This document shows positions 1 through 9,224 of a DNA stretch of 64,000 nt, one piece after another (the first letter of the stretch is position 1; the number at the start of each line of letters is the position of its first letter). Where the stretch lies: the NCBI GenBank assembly GCA_900551715.1, contig URXG01000005.1:127-64126 (forward strand), in the 5' to 3' direction. A program made the position numbers and the translations under genes. Source of the DNA: an uncultured Blautia sp. (GTDB taxonomy: Bacteria > Bacillota > Clostridia > Lachnospirales > Lachnospiraceae). Under the pieces are notes generated by a model. It was given only the letters and a program-made list of their open reading frames with translations. It was not told the DNA's origin and ran no database searches.

Positions 1-648
1 GATTCCGATGAATCTAATTATGGTCTACACCGACAGCTGGGTATGAAGCTTCCCAGAGATTTTACAGACTATTTCGGTGGTAAGCAAAATGTTTTAAATG
101 ATATGATGTTATCAAAATTTACTCATCAATTTTTTGAGGAAACCTGGACTATAGATGATATACCGGGAGATTATTATAGTCTGAAGGATGGTGTAAAACT
201 GATGACCAGTGGAAAAATCCATCAAGCAAATGAAGGGTGTTCTTGTGCTATGGGAACTGTTATGACTCAATTTATCCAAAATCTTAGGCTTGCAGAAGAC
301 CAATTTGCACTAATGGATATGGAGGCTGGTATTGAACACTTTGGACGTGGAATTGATAACGGTGTAGATTTGATATTGATAATCATAGATCCATCCTATG
401 AATCCTTACAGCTTTCCAAAAAAATCGGGGAATTATCGGAAAGTATTCGAAAACCATTTTATTACGTTCTCAATAGAGTAACTAAAGAAAATCAAGAAAT
501 GATGTATGAAGCTGTATGGGATTCAAGTCGAGTTGCTGTATCTCTTAGTGCGGATCCTGGTATTATGGGAGAGGGACTGATGGGGAAAGAACTATCAGAA
601 AAACCAGATGCTATTGAAAACTTAACAGAATTTCTACTTTCTATTTAA
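1..648 (+). CDS. CooC-like MinD/ParA-family ATPase (CO dehydrogenase/ACS nickel-insertion type), 5'-partial
   Basis: Frame is open from base 1 (DSDESNYGLHRQLGM...). Motifs EGCSC (CxC metal site) and DMEAGIEHFGRG match CooC. The Walker A motif would lie upstream of the window. Confidence 0.75.
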   Translation, partial: DSDESNYGLHRQLGMKLPRDFTDYFGGKQNVLNDMMLSKFTHQFFEETWTIDDIPGDYYSLKDGVKLMTSGKIHQANEGCSCAMGTVMTQFIQNLRLAEDQFALMDMEAGIEHFGRGIDNGVDLILIIIDPSYESLQLSKKIGELSESIRKPFYYVLNRVTKENQEMMYEAVWDSSRVAVSLSADPGIMGEGLMGKELSEKPDAIENLTEFLLSI

Positions 649-726
649 AGAATGAGGAGATTTACTGTGGATATACGATAAAAGATAACCAGATTATACA
701 GCTGTAATTTGTAAAATCAGATCCGC

Positions 727-755
727 TTGATGCAAGAAAGAACCAGTGATATACT
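727..755 (+). promoter_or_regulatory. sigma-A-like promoter of the two-component genes
   Basis: TTGATG-N17-TATACT with an extended TG. Confidence 0.5.
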
Positions 756-848
756 GAAACAAAAGGTATTTATAAAATAATAAAAACCTGGAACTGTATT
801 GTGTGATTGAACAGTTACAAAGAATGCAATTCTTGTGGAGGATATAGG

Positions 849-1553
849 ATGATACAGATTGCAATTGTGGAAGATGAAGAAATTTACGTAAAACAATTAA
901 CAGAGTATATCCGGAAATATCAAACGGAAAGGGGAAGATCAATAAAGGTTACGGTATTTGGTGATGGAGAAGATATTACTGAGAATTACAGTGGCGGTTT
1001 TGACATTATTCTGATGGATATTCAGATGCGGTTCATGGACGGTATGACAGCAGCAGAAAAAATCCGTCAGATGGATCAGAAAGTAATTATTATGTTTATT
1101 ACAAATATGATTCAATATGCAGTACGTGGATATGAAGTTGATGCAATGGATTATGTAGTAAAACCAGTTGAGTATTTTTCTTTTTCGCAGAAACTGGATA
1201 AAGCAGTTGGACGTATGCGCTCTGAGGTTAAAGAATTTCTTACGATTCCGATTGGGGAAGGAGTTATAAAGATAGATATAGCAGATATTTATTTTATTGA
1301 AGGACAGGGACATAATGCAGTTTTTCATACTTTAAGAGGGGATTACAGTTCCAGAGTTACGTTAAAGGAACTGGAAGAAAAATTGATAGTTCATAATTTC
1401 TTCCGGTGCGCCAAGGGGTATCTGGTAAATATGAATCATGTAGAAGGCATTGTTGGTTCTGACTGTGTGATTCATAGTGTACATATACCAGTCAGCAGAA
1501 CTAGAAAAAAGGAATTTATGAATAAACTTTTGCAAAATCTGAACATGGATTAA
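849..1553 (+). CDS. LytTR-family response regulator
   Basis: Receiver domain IAIVEDE...LMDIQM...KP and C-terminal LytTR (FFRCAKGYLVNM, IPVSR). ATG 849 follows GGAGG. Confidence 0.93.
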   Translation: MIQIAIVEDEEIYVKQLTEYIRKYQTERGRSIKVTVFGDGEDITENYSGGFDIILMDIQMRFMDGMTAAEKIRQMDQKVIIMFITNMIQYAVRGYEVDAMDYVVKPVEYFSFSQKLDKAVGRMRSEVKEFLTIPIGEGVIKIDIADIYFIEGQGHNAVFHTLRGDYSSRVTLKELEEKLIVHNFFRCAKGYLVNMNHVEGIVGSDCVIHSVHIPVSRTRKKEFMNKLLQNLNMD

Positions 1554-1581
1554 TTTTGTTGGGCGGATAACGGAGGAAGTT

Positions 1582-2889
1582 ATGTTATACCAGGATATTC
1601 CAAGAATTTATACAGCAATTGCGGAGTGGGGAGCGTGTCTGGTTTATCTCTATATGTTGAAAAGAGAAAAAATGAAATCTGCACATTTTCTTATTGGTGT
1701 GTTGCTTATGCTGGCATTGCAGTGTGCTTTTCTGGTTGCGACAGGTAATGTATCAGAGGTTTTATGGATTCCCTGTATGATTATTGCTGTTGCTATAATG
1801 TATGTATTTCTTATAGTTGGAGGAAGCATGAAACCTCTTGGGGCAGGCTATTGCTGTGCCAGAGCATTTGTGTTGGCAGAGTTTGTTGCTTCTCTGCAGT
1901 GGCAGATTGTATCTATTGTACAGGTGAGAGGAATTCAAAGTTTCTGGACTGAAATTTTGATTACGATTATAGTTTTCGGTGGTTGTTTTGTCATTGATAT
2001 TTATCTGGAAAGGGATTATCTGAAACAGGATTATCTTCAGCAGATGACTGTAAAAGAAGTTGTAGCAGCAGCAATCATGGCAGTTACAATCTTTGCGTTC
2101 AGTAATCTGAGTTTTTTGAGTGAAAATGTACCATTTGCAAGCAAAGAACGTGCAGACATTTTTTCTATAAGAACCCTGATTGATTTTGGAGGAATTGCAA
2201 TCCTGCATGCTTATCAGAGCAGGATTAGTGAGTATATTGCCGAAAAAGAACTTTCAGCAATGAATGTGATCCTGAAAAGTCAATATGAGCAGTATCGAAA
2301 TTATCAGGACAGTCTGGATCTCATACAGATGAAATATCATGACTTGAAGCATCAGATCACAGCACTTCGTGCAGAATCAGACGAAGAAAAACGTAAAAAA
2401 TGGATTGATGCAATGGAGGAAGAAGTCTCTGCCTTTGAAAATATGAGCAAAACAGGTAATCAGGTGCTGGATACAATTCTTGCAGCTAAAATTTTTCATT
2501 GTCGAAAAAATTACATACAGATTACCTGTGTAGCGGATGGTAAGTTACTGGATTTTATACATGTAACAGATTTGTGTTCCATTTTTGGAAATGCATTGGA
2601 TAATGCAATTGAACATGTAATTATGATACCGGAAGTGGAAAAAAGACTGATTCATCTGACGGTATCTGCAAAAAAGAGTTTTGTTTTTATTAAAATAGAA
2701 AATTATTGTGAAGATAAAATTCAGAAAAATGAAAATGATCTGATTACAACAACAAAAGTAGATCGACAAAACCATGGATTTGGATTAAAAAGCATTCGTA
2801 CTGCTGTGGAGAAATATAATGGTTCTGTGGATTTTGGAGTGGATCAGAACTGGTTTGAATTAAAGATTCTTTTACCCAGAGCAATGTAA
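1582..2889 (+). CDS. Membrane sensor histidine kinase, AgrC/GHKL type
   Basis: Several N-terminal TM helices, H-box YHDLKHQI, N-box GNALDNAIE, G-box HGFGLKSI. Confidence 0.92.
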   Translation: MLYQDIPRIYTAIAEWGACLVYLYMLKREKMKSAHFLIGVLLMLALQCAFLVATGNVSEVLWIPCMIIAVAIMYVFLIVGGSMKPLGAGYCCARAFVLAEFVASLQWQIVSIVQVRGIQSFWTEILITIIVFGGCFVIDIYLERDYLKQDYLQQMTVKEVVAAAIMAVTIFAFSNLSFLSENVPFASKERADIFSIRTLIDFGGIAILHAYQSRISEYIAEKELSAMNVILKSQYEQYRNYQDSLDLIQMKYHDLKHQITALRAESDEEKRKKWIDAMEEEVSAFENMSKTGNQVLDTILAAKIFHCRKNYIQITCVADGKLLDFIHVTDLCSIFGNALDNAIEHVIMIPEVEKRLIHLTVSAKKSFVFIKIENYCEDKIQKNENDLITTTKVDRQNHGFGLKSIRTAVEKYNGSVDFGVDQNWFELKILLPRAM

Positions 2890-2900
2890 AGCTCTGGGTG

Positions 2901-2972
2901 TTTTTTTGCATTTCATGCCATATTTTTGCATGTTGTGCCAAAACCGGCACGATGAAAAAGATATGATATAGT
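2901..2972 (+). promoter_or_regulatory. Candidate LytTR operator (tandem 20-bp imperfect direct repeat) plus extended -10
   Basis: TTTTTTTGCATTTCATGCCA / TATTTTTGCATGTTGTGCCA (16/20 identical) upstream of TGaTATAGT (2964-2972). No good -35 is present. Confidence 0.55.
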
Positions 2973-3032
2973 AAGGTCAACAGGAAACAGTTCCTGAAAT
3001 TATGGGACAGATAAAAAGGAGGAAAAAAGAGA

Positions 3033-5894
3033 ATGATCAGTGTTGAAATGGAAGATGTTCTGGCGGTATTACAGTTGTGCAAACCGTATATTATCGGTAT
3101 TATTGCTGCACTTGTAATTGGAATCGTAATTATGATCGCATGCCGCAGGATGTCCAGGGGCAAAAGATTTCTGATAAGGGGAGAAGCTGCGATCGCAATG
3201 GCTCTTGCAGTTGTTGTCTGCGTGAATATGATCTGTTTTGGACCAATGGCTACGTTGATTGGACTGGCAACGGGAAATGGAACTTTAAGCGATGAAACAA
3301 ATGAAGAAGCTGCGGAAGCAGCAGAAGAAATTATGGAAGACGGAATTGTTCTTCTGAAGAATGAAAGCCTGCTTCCTTTAAATGAAACAAAAAAACTGAA
3401 TATTTTTGGCTGGGAATCTATTAATCCGGCTTACGGAGGAGCAGGTTCCGGTGGAATTAATGATCTGTATGATATTGTCAGTCTGAATCAGGGACTTGAA
3501 AATGCCGGATTTTCTATTAACCAGGAACTGGTTGATTTTTATAACAATTATGGTGCAGATAATCCGGAAATGTCTATTCAGAAACAGAGCTGGACATTAC
3601 CGGAGCCACCTGTAGATACTTACAGTGATGGGCTTATTAAAAGTGCGAAAGAGTATTCTGATGTGGCAGTTGTGGTTCTTTCCAGAAAAGCAGGTGAAGG
3701 TCATAATGATATTCCGATGGATGTAAGTAAAGCGGCATATGATAATAATTCAGATAAATATGACGATTTCCCGGAGGGAGAACATTATTTACAGCTATCT
3801 CAGACGGAAAAAGACATGGTGGATATGGTCTGCTCCAACTTTGATGATGTTATAGTAATTTATAATGGGGCAAATCAGTTTGAACTTGGTTTCGTAGATG
3901 AATATCCACAGATTAAATCCGTTGTATGGTGCCCTGGAACGGGAAATGTGGGATTTGATGCACTTGGTAAAGTTTTTTCAGGTGAAGTGAATCCTTCCGG
4001 AAAAACACCGGATACATTTATTTACGACATGACAACTGCTCCATGGTGGAACAATGGGGAAAAGATTGAATATACCAACTTGGCAGATATGGCCGTTGAA
4101 GGAATGAATGCAGGAACCGCTCAGGTGTATGCTCCGGCATTTACGAATTATGTGGAAGGTATTTATGTAGGATACAAGTACTATGAAACTGCTGCACAGG
4201 AAGGGGCGATTGATTACGATAAGACTGTACAGTATCCATTTGGATATGGTCTGAGTTACACGGAATTTGAACAGAAAATGGGTGAACTGGAGGAAAAAGA
4301 CGGACAGATTTCTGTAGATGTAGAAGTAACCAACACAGGAGATGTTGCAGGAAAAGATGTAGTAGAAGTGTATTATAAACCGCCATATACAAATGGCGGA
4401 ATTGAGAAATCTTCTGCAAATCTGATTGAGTTTGAAAAAACAAATCTGCTTCAGCCGGGAGAATCTCAGACTGTTACAGTTACATTCAGTATAGAAGATA
4501 TGGCTTCTTATGATGAGAATAATGCAAAAGCATATGTTCTTGAAAAAGGCGATTATGTGATTTCTATCAACAGCGATTCACATACTGTGCTGGATCAGAA
4601 AACTTATACTGCAGATAAAGATGTAGTATATAAGGGAGAAAATAAAAGAGCATCAGATGATACTGCAGCAACAAATGTATTTGAAGATGCAAAAGGCGAT
4701 GTGACATATTTATCACGAGCAGATCATTTTGCAAATTATGAAGAGGCTACAAAAGCGCCGGCATCTGCAGAGCTGGGTGAGCCATATGTTTCTGAATATC
4801 ATCTGAACAGCAACTTTGATAAGACTACATATCTCAATGATGAGGATGTAATGCCGACAACAGGAGCAGATAATGGACTTACATTAGCTGATATGCGTGA
4901 TGCTGATTATGACAATCCTCGTTGGGAAAAACTTCTGGATCAGCTTACTGTTGACGAAATGGCAAATATGATTGCAATGGCAGGTTATCAGACAGCAGCC
5001 ATGGATTCTGTGGGAAAAGTGGCTACACTTGATTTCGATGGACCAGCAGCAATTAATAACAACTTTACAGGAGTTGGTTCTATTGGATTTCCAATTGAAG
5101 TTGTGGTTGCTTCCACATGGAATAAGCAACTTGCACAGGCCTGGGGTGAATGCATGGGCAAGATCAGTCAGGAAATGGGTGCAGAAGGCTGGTATGCACC
5201 AGGTATGAATACTCATAGAACTGCATTTGGAGCAAGAAACTATGAATACTTTTCAGAAGATGGAGTTCTTGCAGGAAATATGGGAGCAAAAGCAGTAGAA
5301 GGAGCAAGAAAATATGGAGTTTATTCTTATATCAAACATTTTGCTCTGTATGAGGGAAATGCAAAGATGGTAAGTGTCTGGTCAAATGAGCAGGCAATCC
5401 GGGAAATTTATCTGAAACCATTTGAAATTTCTGTAAAACAGGGTGGTGCAAATGCGGTTATGGTTTCCTGGAGTTTCCTTGGAGATAAATGGACTGGAGA
5501 AAGCAGTAACCTTATGAATACAGTTCTCAGAGATGAATGGGGATTCAGGGGAATGGCACTTACAGACTTCTTCCGAAACAATGGTCATGGATTTATGAAT
5601 GCAGATGCAGCTTTGGCGAATGGAGTAGATGCAATGCTGTCCACATTCAACGGAGAAGAGAACAATGTAGCCAATCCGGAACATCCAACATCTGTACTTC
5701 AGATGAGAAATGCCTGCAAAAATGTCATGTATACAGTTGTAAGCAGTTGGGCTTATGATGGAGAACACGAAGAAACAGGTATGGAAAACTGGAAAAAAGC
5801 AGGAATTGGTATCGACATTGTAATAGCACTTTTCATGGCAGGAATGGAAGTACTGGTAATCAAAGGATATAAGAAAAGAAAGAGTGCTGAATAA
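3033..5894 (+). CDS. Membrane-anchored GH3 beta-glycosidase with permuted domain order
   Basis: GH3_C and Fn3-like domains come first (VLLKNE, EGIYVGYKYY, YPFGYGLSYT), then GH3_N (RNYEYFSED, IKHF, LTDFF nucleophile). Two N-terminal TM helices and one C-terminal TM helix. Confidence 0.9.
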   Translation: MISVEMEDVLAVLQLCKPYIIGIIAALVIGIVIMIACRRMSRGKRFLIRGEAAIAMALAVVVCVNMICFGPMATLIGLATGNGTLSDETNEEAAEAAEEIMEDGIVLLKNESLLPLNETKKLNIFGWESINPAYGGAGSGGINDLYDIVSLNQGLENAGFSINQELVDFYNNYGADNPEMSIQKQSWTLPEPPVDTYSDGLIKSAKEYSDVAVVVLSRKAGEGHNDIPMDVSKAAYDNNSDKYDDFPEGEHYLQLSQTEKDMVDMVCSNFDDVIVIYNGANQFELGFVDEYPQIKSVVWCPGTGNVGFDALGKVFSGEVNPSGKTPDTFIYDMTTAPWWNNGEKIEYTNLADMAVEGMNAGTAQVYAPAFTNYVEGIYVGYKYYETAAQEGAIDYDKTVQYPFGYGLSYTEFEQKMGELEEKDGQISVDVEVTNTGDVAGKDVVEVYYKPPYTNGGIEKSSANLIEFEKTNLLQPGESQTVTVTFSIEDMASYDENNAKAYVLEKGDYVISINSDSHTVLDQKTYTADKDVVYKGENKRASDDTAATNVFEDAKGDVTYLSRADHFANYEEATKAPASAELGEPYVSEYHLNSNFDKTTYLNDEDVMPTTGADNGLTLADMRDADYDNPRWEKLLDQLTVDEMANMIAMAGYQTAAMDSVGKVATLDFDGPAAINNNFTGVGSIGFPIEVVVASTWNKQLAQAWGECMGKISQEMGAEGWYAPGMNTHRTAFGARNYEYFSEDGVLAGNMGAKAVEGARKYGVYSYIKHFALYEGNAKMVSVWSNEQAIREIYLKPFEISVKQGGANAVMVSWSFLGDKWTGESSNLMNTVLRDEWGFRGMALTDFFRNNGHGFMNADAALANGVDAMLSTFNGEENNVANPEHPTSVLQMRNACKNVMYTVVSSWAYDGEHEETGMENWKKAGIGIDIVIALFMAGMEVLVIKGYKKRKSAE

Positions 5895-5920
5895 GGATGA
5901 AAGTGGGATGGAAAACAGTT

Positions 5921-8359
5921 ATGAAACAGCAAAAATTGGTTGAAAAGATGACAATAGAAGAAAAGGCAGCGATACTCAGTGGAAAAACTGTCTGGCAGAC
6001 CAGAGAAATTGACAGGCTTTCCATCCCGTCCATCTTTCTTTCAGATGGACCGCATGGAATCAGAAAACAGGCAGGAGCAGGAGACCATCTGGGACTGAAT
6101 GCATCCTTGAATGCAACTTGTTTTCCCACAGCAGCGACGATAGCAAACAGCTGGAATCAGGATCTGGGAGAAGAGATTGGACAGGCTCTTGGAGAGGAAG
6201 CAGCAAGTATGGATGTAAATATCCTGCTTGGTCCGGGATTAAATATTAAAAGAAGCCCATTATGTGGAAGAAATTTTGAATATTTTTCAGAAGATCCATA
6301 TCTTTCCGGAAAGATGGCAGCGTCATATATTCGTGGAATACAGAGTAAAGGCGTTTATGCCTGCCCGAAGCATCTGGCGGTTAACAGTCAGGAACTCCGG
6401 AGAATGGCAATGGACGCAGTTGTTGACGAACGGACATTAAGAGAAATTTATCTGACCGGTTTTGAGATAGCTGTTAAAGAAGGGCATGCAAAAGCAATCA
6501 TGAGCAGTTACAACCAGATTAATGGGATTTATGCTAATGAGGACAAACATCTTTTGACAGATATCCTGCGCAAAGACTGGGGATTTGATGGAATTGTAGT
6601 AACAGACTGGGGCGGAAGCAATGACCATGTGAAAGGTGTTGCTGCCGGCTCAAATCTGGAGATGCCGTCCTGTGGGTACGATTCTGCAAGAGAAGTGATT
6701 GCTGCTGTCCGAAATGGAAAGCTGAAGGAAGCGGATTTGGATGAAAGAGTTGGAGAACTGGTGGACGCAGTGATGGAACTGACATCAGGGAAGAAGCCTT
6801 CAGATAAAAACTTTGACAGAAACGCACATCATCAACTGGCAAGGAAAGCAGCAGCAGAAAGCATGATTCTTCTGAAAAATGAAAAACAGATTCTTCCGCT
6901 GGATACCAAAAAATCCATCGCTATTATTGGAGATTTTGCTTTTTCACCCAGATATCAGGGGGCAGGATCTTCTATGGTCAATCCAACAAAAGTAGAAGAT
7001 ATGTCATCGATTCTGCAACAATATGATCTGAATATTCTGGGGATGACAAGAGGCTATCAGAGAAATGGAGAAGTAGATGAGAATGACAGAAAGTTTGCGT
7101 TAAATTTGTCTATGAACGCGGATATTGTAATTTTCTGCTTTGGTCTTGATGAGATCAGCGAATCAGAAGGACTGGACAGAACACATATGCGTATTCCACA
7201 GAATCAGATAGATCTTCTGCAGGATATAAGTAAAGTGAATGAAAATATTATTGGAATACTGAGTGCAGGATCTGCGGTAGAAATGCCATGGCACACCTGC
7301 TGCAAAGCGATTTTGCATGGCTATCTGAATGGACAGGCAGGTGCTTCTGCAACATTGGATATTCTGATCGGAAAAGTGAATCCATCAGGAAGACTGGCAG
7401 AAACATATCCCATAACTTATGAACAGACACCGGCATTCCGATATTATCCAAGTAATGAGAAAACATCGGAATACCGCGAGAGTGTTTATGTAGGATATCG
7501 CTATTATGATACTTCAAAAGTCCGGGTGCAATATCCATTTGGTTTTGGGCTTTCCTATACGGAATTTACATATTCTGATCTTATCATAGAAGAGGATGGA
7601 ATCAAAGTTTCGGTTACCAATACAGGTGACAGAGACGGAGCTGAGGTTGTTCAGATGTATGTAGGACTTCCCAATGCAATCGTGTTCCGACCGGAAAAAG
7701 AACTGAAAGGCTTTGCAAAAGTTTATCTGAAGGCAGGAGAAAGCAGACAGCTCAGGATTCCTTTTGATGATAAGACATTTCGTTATTGGAATATAAAAAC
7801 GGGACAGTGGGAAATAGAAACAGGAACTTATCAGATTATGGTAGGAGCCAGTGTTGCAGATATTCGTTTAACAGGTATGACTGAGAGAACAGGAAATAGT
7901 AAAGGGTATCCGTATAATCCGGCAAAAATGCCTTACTATTATACAGGAATCGTGCAGAAAATATCAGATGAGGAATTTCGTGAACTTCTTGGCCATGAGA
8001 TACCGAACGGGAGATGGAGTGGAAATCTGGAAATCAATGATGCAATCTGTCAGATGTATTATGCAAAAAGCAGACTTGCAAGACTGATATATAGATGTCT
8101 CACAAAAATGAAAAAGAAGAGTGAAGAACAGGGGAAACCAGATCTGAATATTCTTTTTATTTACAATATGCCGTTCCGGGGGATTGCCAAGATGACCGGC
8201 GGGGCAGTCAGTATGGAAATGGTATATGGAATTGTCGATGCTGTGAATGGCCACTTTATGATTGGAGTAAAAAAAGTAGTTGGCGGATATTTCAGAAACA
8301 GAAGAAATAATAAGAAATATGAAAAATTATTAAAAGGAGCCGGAGTGAAGTGCAGATGA
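5921..8359 (+). CDS. Cytoplasmic GH3 beta-glucosidase
   Basis: DGPHGIR, GRNFEYFSED, PKH, VTDWG, YPFGFGLSYT. No signal peptide. Alternative start at 5897. Confidence 0.92.
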   Translation: MKQQKLVEKMTIEEKAAILSGKTVWQTREIDRLSIPSIFLSDGPHGIRKQAGAGDHLGLNASLNATCFPTAATIANSWNQDLGEEIGQALGEEAASMDVNILLGPGLNIKRSPLCGRNFEYFSEDPYLSGKMAASYIRGIQSKGVYACPKHLAVNSQELRRMAMDAVVDERTLREIYLTGFEIAVKEGHAKAIMSSYNQINGIYANEDKHLLTDILRKDWGFDGIVVTDWGGSNDHVKGVAAGSNLEMPSCGYDSAREVIAAVRNGKLKEADLDERVGELVDAVMELTSGKKPSDKNFDRNAHHQLARKAAAESMILLKNEKQILPLDTKKSIAIIGDFAFSPRYQGAGSSMVNPTKVEDMSSILQQYDLNILGMTRGYQRNGEVDENDRKFALNLSMNADIVIFCFGLDEISESEGLDRTHMRIPQNQIDLLQDISKVNENIIGILSAGSAVEMPWHTCCKAILHGYLNGQAGASATLDILIGKVNPSGRLAETYPITYEQTPAFRYYPSNEKTSEYRESVYVGYRYYDTSKVRVQYPFGFGLSYTEFTYSDLIIEEDGIKVSVTNTGDRDGAEVVQMYVGLPNAIVFRPEKELKGFAKVYLKAGESRQLRIPFDDKTFRYWNIKTGQWEIETGTYQIMVGASVADIRLTGMTERTGNSKGYPYNPAKMPYYYTGIVQKISDEEFRELLGHEIPNGRWSGNLEINDAICQMYYAKSRLARLIYRCLTKMKKKSEEQGKPDLNILFIYNMPFRGIAKMTGGAVSMEMVYGIVDAVNGHFMIGVKKVVGGYFRNRRNNKKYEKLLKGAGVKCR

Positions 8360-8946
8360 ATCATATAAAAAATATATGGAAATGTTTTGAAGAGAAACAT
8401 ACTACTTTTGCAAAATGGCTTTATCAGATATTCTATTTTGTTATATTCAGTATGGGCGTGACAGTATTCCAGTATCTTGTATTTACATTTTTACCAGGGA
8501 TTTTGGGAATTGGTCTGGCTGGTACAGAATTTATGTGGCCAAAGTTTTCCATGAATCTGTTTGGAGTAAAATTTACATGGAGTTTGCTGGGGTATAATGT
8601 ATTGCGTGATGCAACGGGAAATATATTGATCGGTGGTGGACTTGGCTATTTTATCAGTTATGAATTGGGGTCATTTCTTGCACAGTGTATCAATTTTCCA
8701 CTTCAAAGAAATATTACTTTTAAAAGCCATGGAAATCCTGTATATCAGGCAATCTGGTATTTTGTTGCATGGGTGGTAATTTCACTGATTTGTAATGGAT
8801 TTAATAATCTGTGGATGCCAGTTGCATCTGCATATGTGGCCCCGGCAGTCTATAACATGCTTGTGACAATTATTACAGGTGGAGTTTCCATGGTGATTTT
8901 TTTCTTTGTGTTTAAAATTATTTTCCCAGAGGGGAAGGCTGAATAG
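8356..8946 (+). CDS. GtrA-like multi-pass membrane protein
   Basis: About four hydrophobic helices and NFPLQRNITFKS, resembling the GtrA N(F/Y)xxxRxxxF motif. ATGA overlap with the upstream GH3 stop. Confidence 0.65.
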   Translation: MNHIKNIWKCFEEKHTTFAKWLYQIFYFVIFSMGVTVFQYLVFTFLPGILGIGLAGTEFMWPKFSMNLFGVKFTWSLLGYNVLRDATGNILIGGGLGYFISYELGSFLAQCINFPLQRNITFKSHGNPVYQAIWYFVAWVVISLICNGFNNLWMPVASAYVAPAVYNMLVTIITGGVSMVIFFFVFKIIFPEGKAE

Positions 8947-9145
8947 AAGAAATTAGCAAGTATGCCTGAAATCTAATAATAAAAGAGATGAGGAGTAGTA
9001 AGAAAATCAGACAAATATATTTTTCCAAGAATTTGTCGTAAAAATGTGGTCAAACCAAGAAAATCGAGTGCGAAAGAGAATGTTACGCCATGCACAGCTC
9101 GGGAAAGAATTCCCTCGCTGTAGGGCTGTCGCCCTATAAAATAGC

Positions 9146-9189
9146 AAAAAAAGACGCCTTTGCAAGTAAACTAGCAGGGCGTCTTTTTT
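9146..9189. terminator. Bidirectional intrinsic terminator-like hairpin
   Basis: AAAAAAAGACGCC...GGCGTCTTTTTT. Confidence 0.7.
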
Positions 9190-9224
9190 CACCATTTTGC
9201 ACGCCTCGTAGCGTTCACAAAAAA

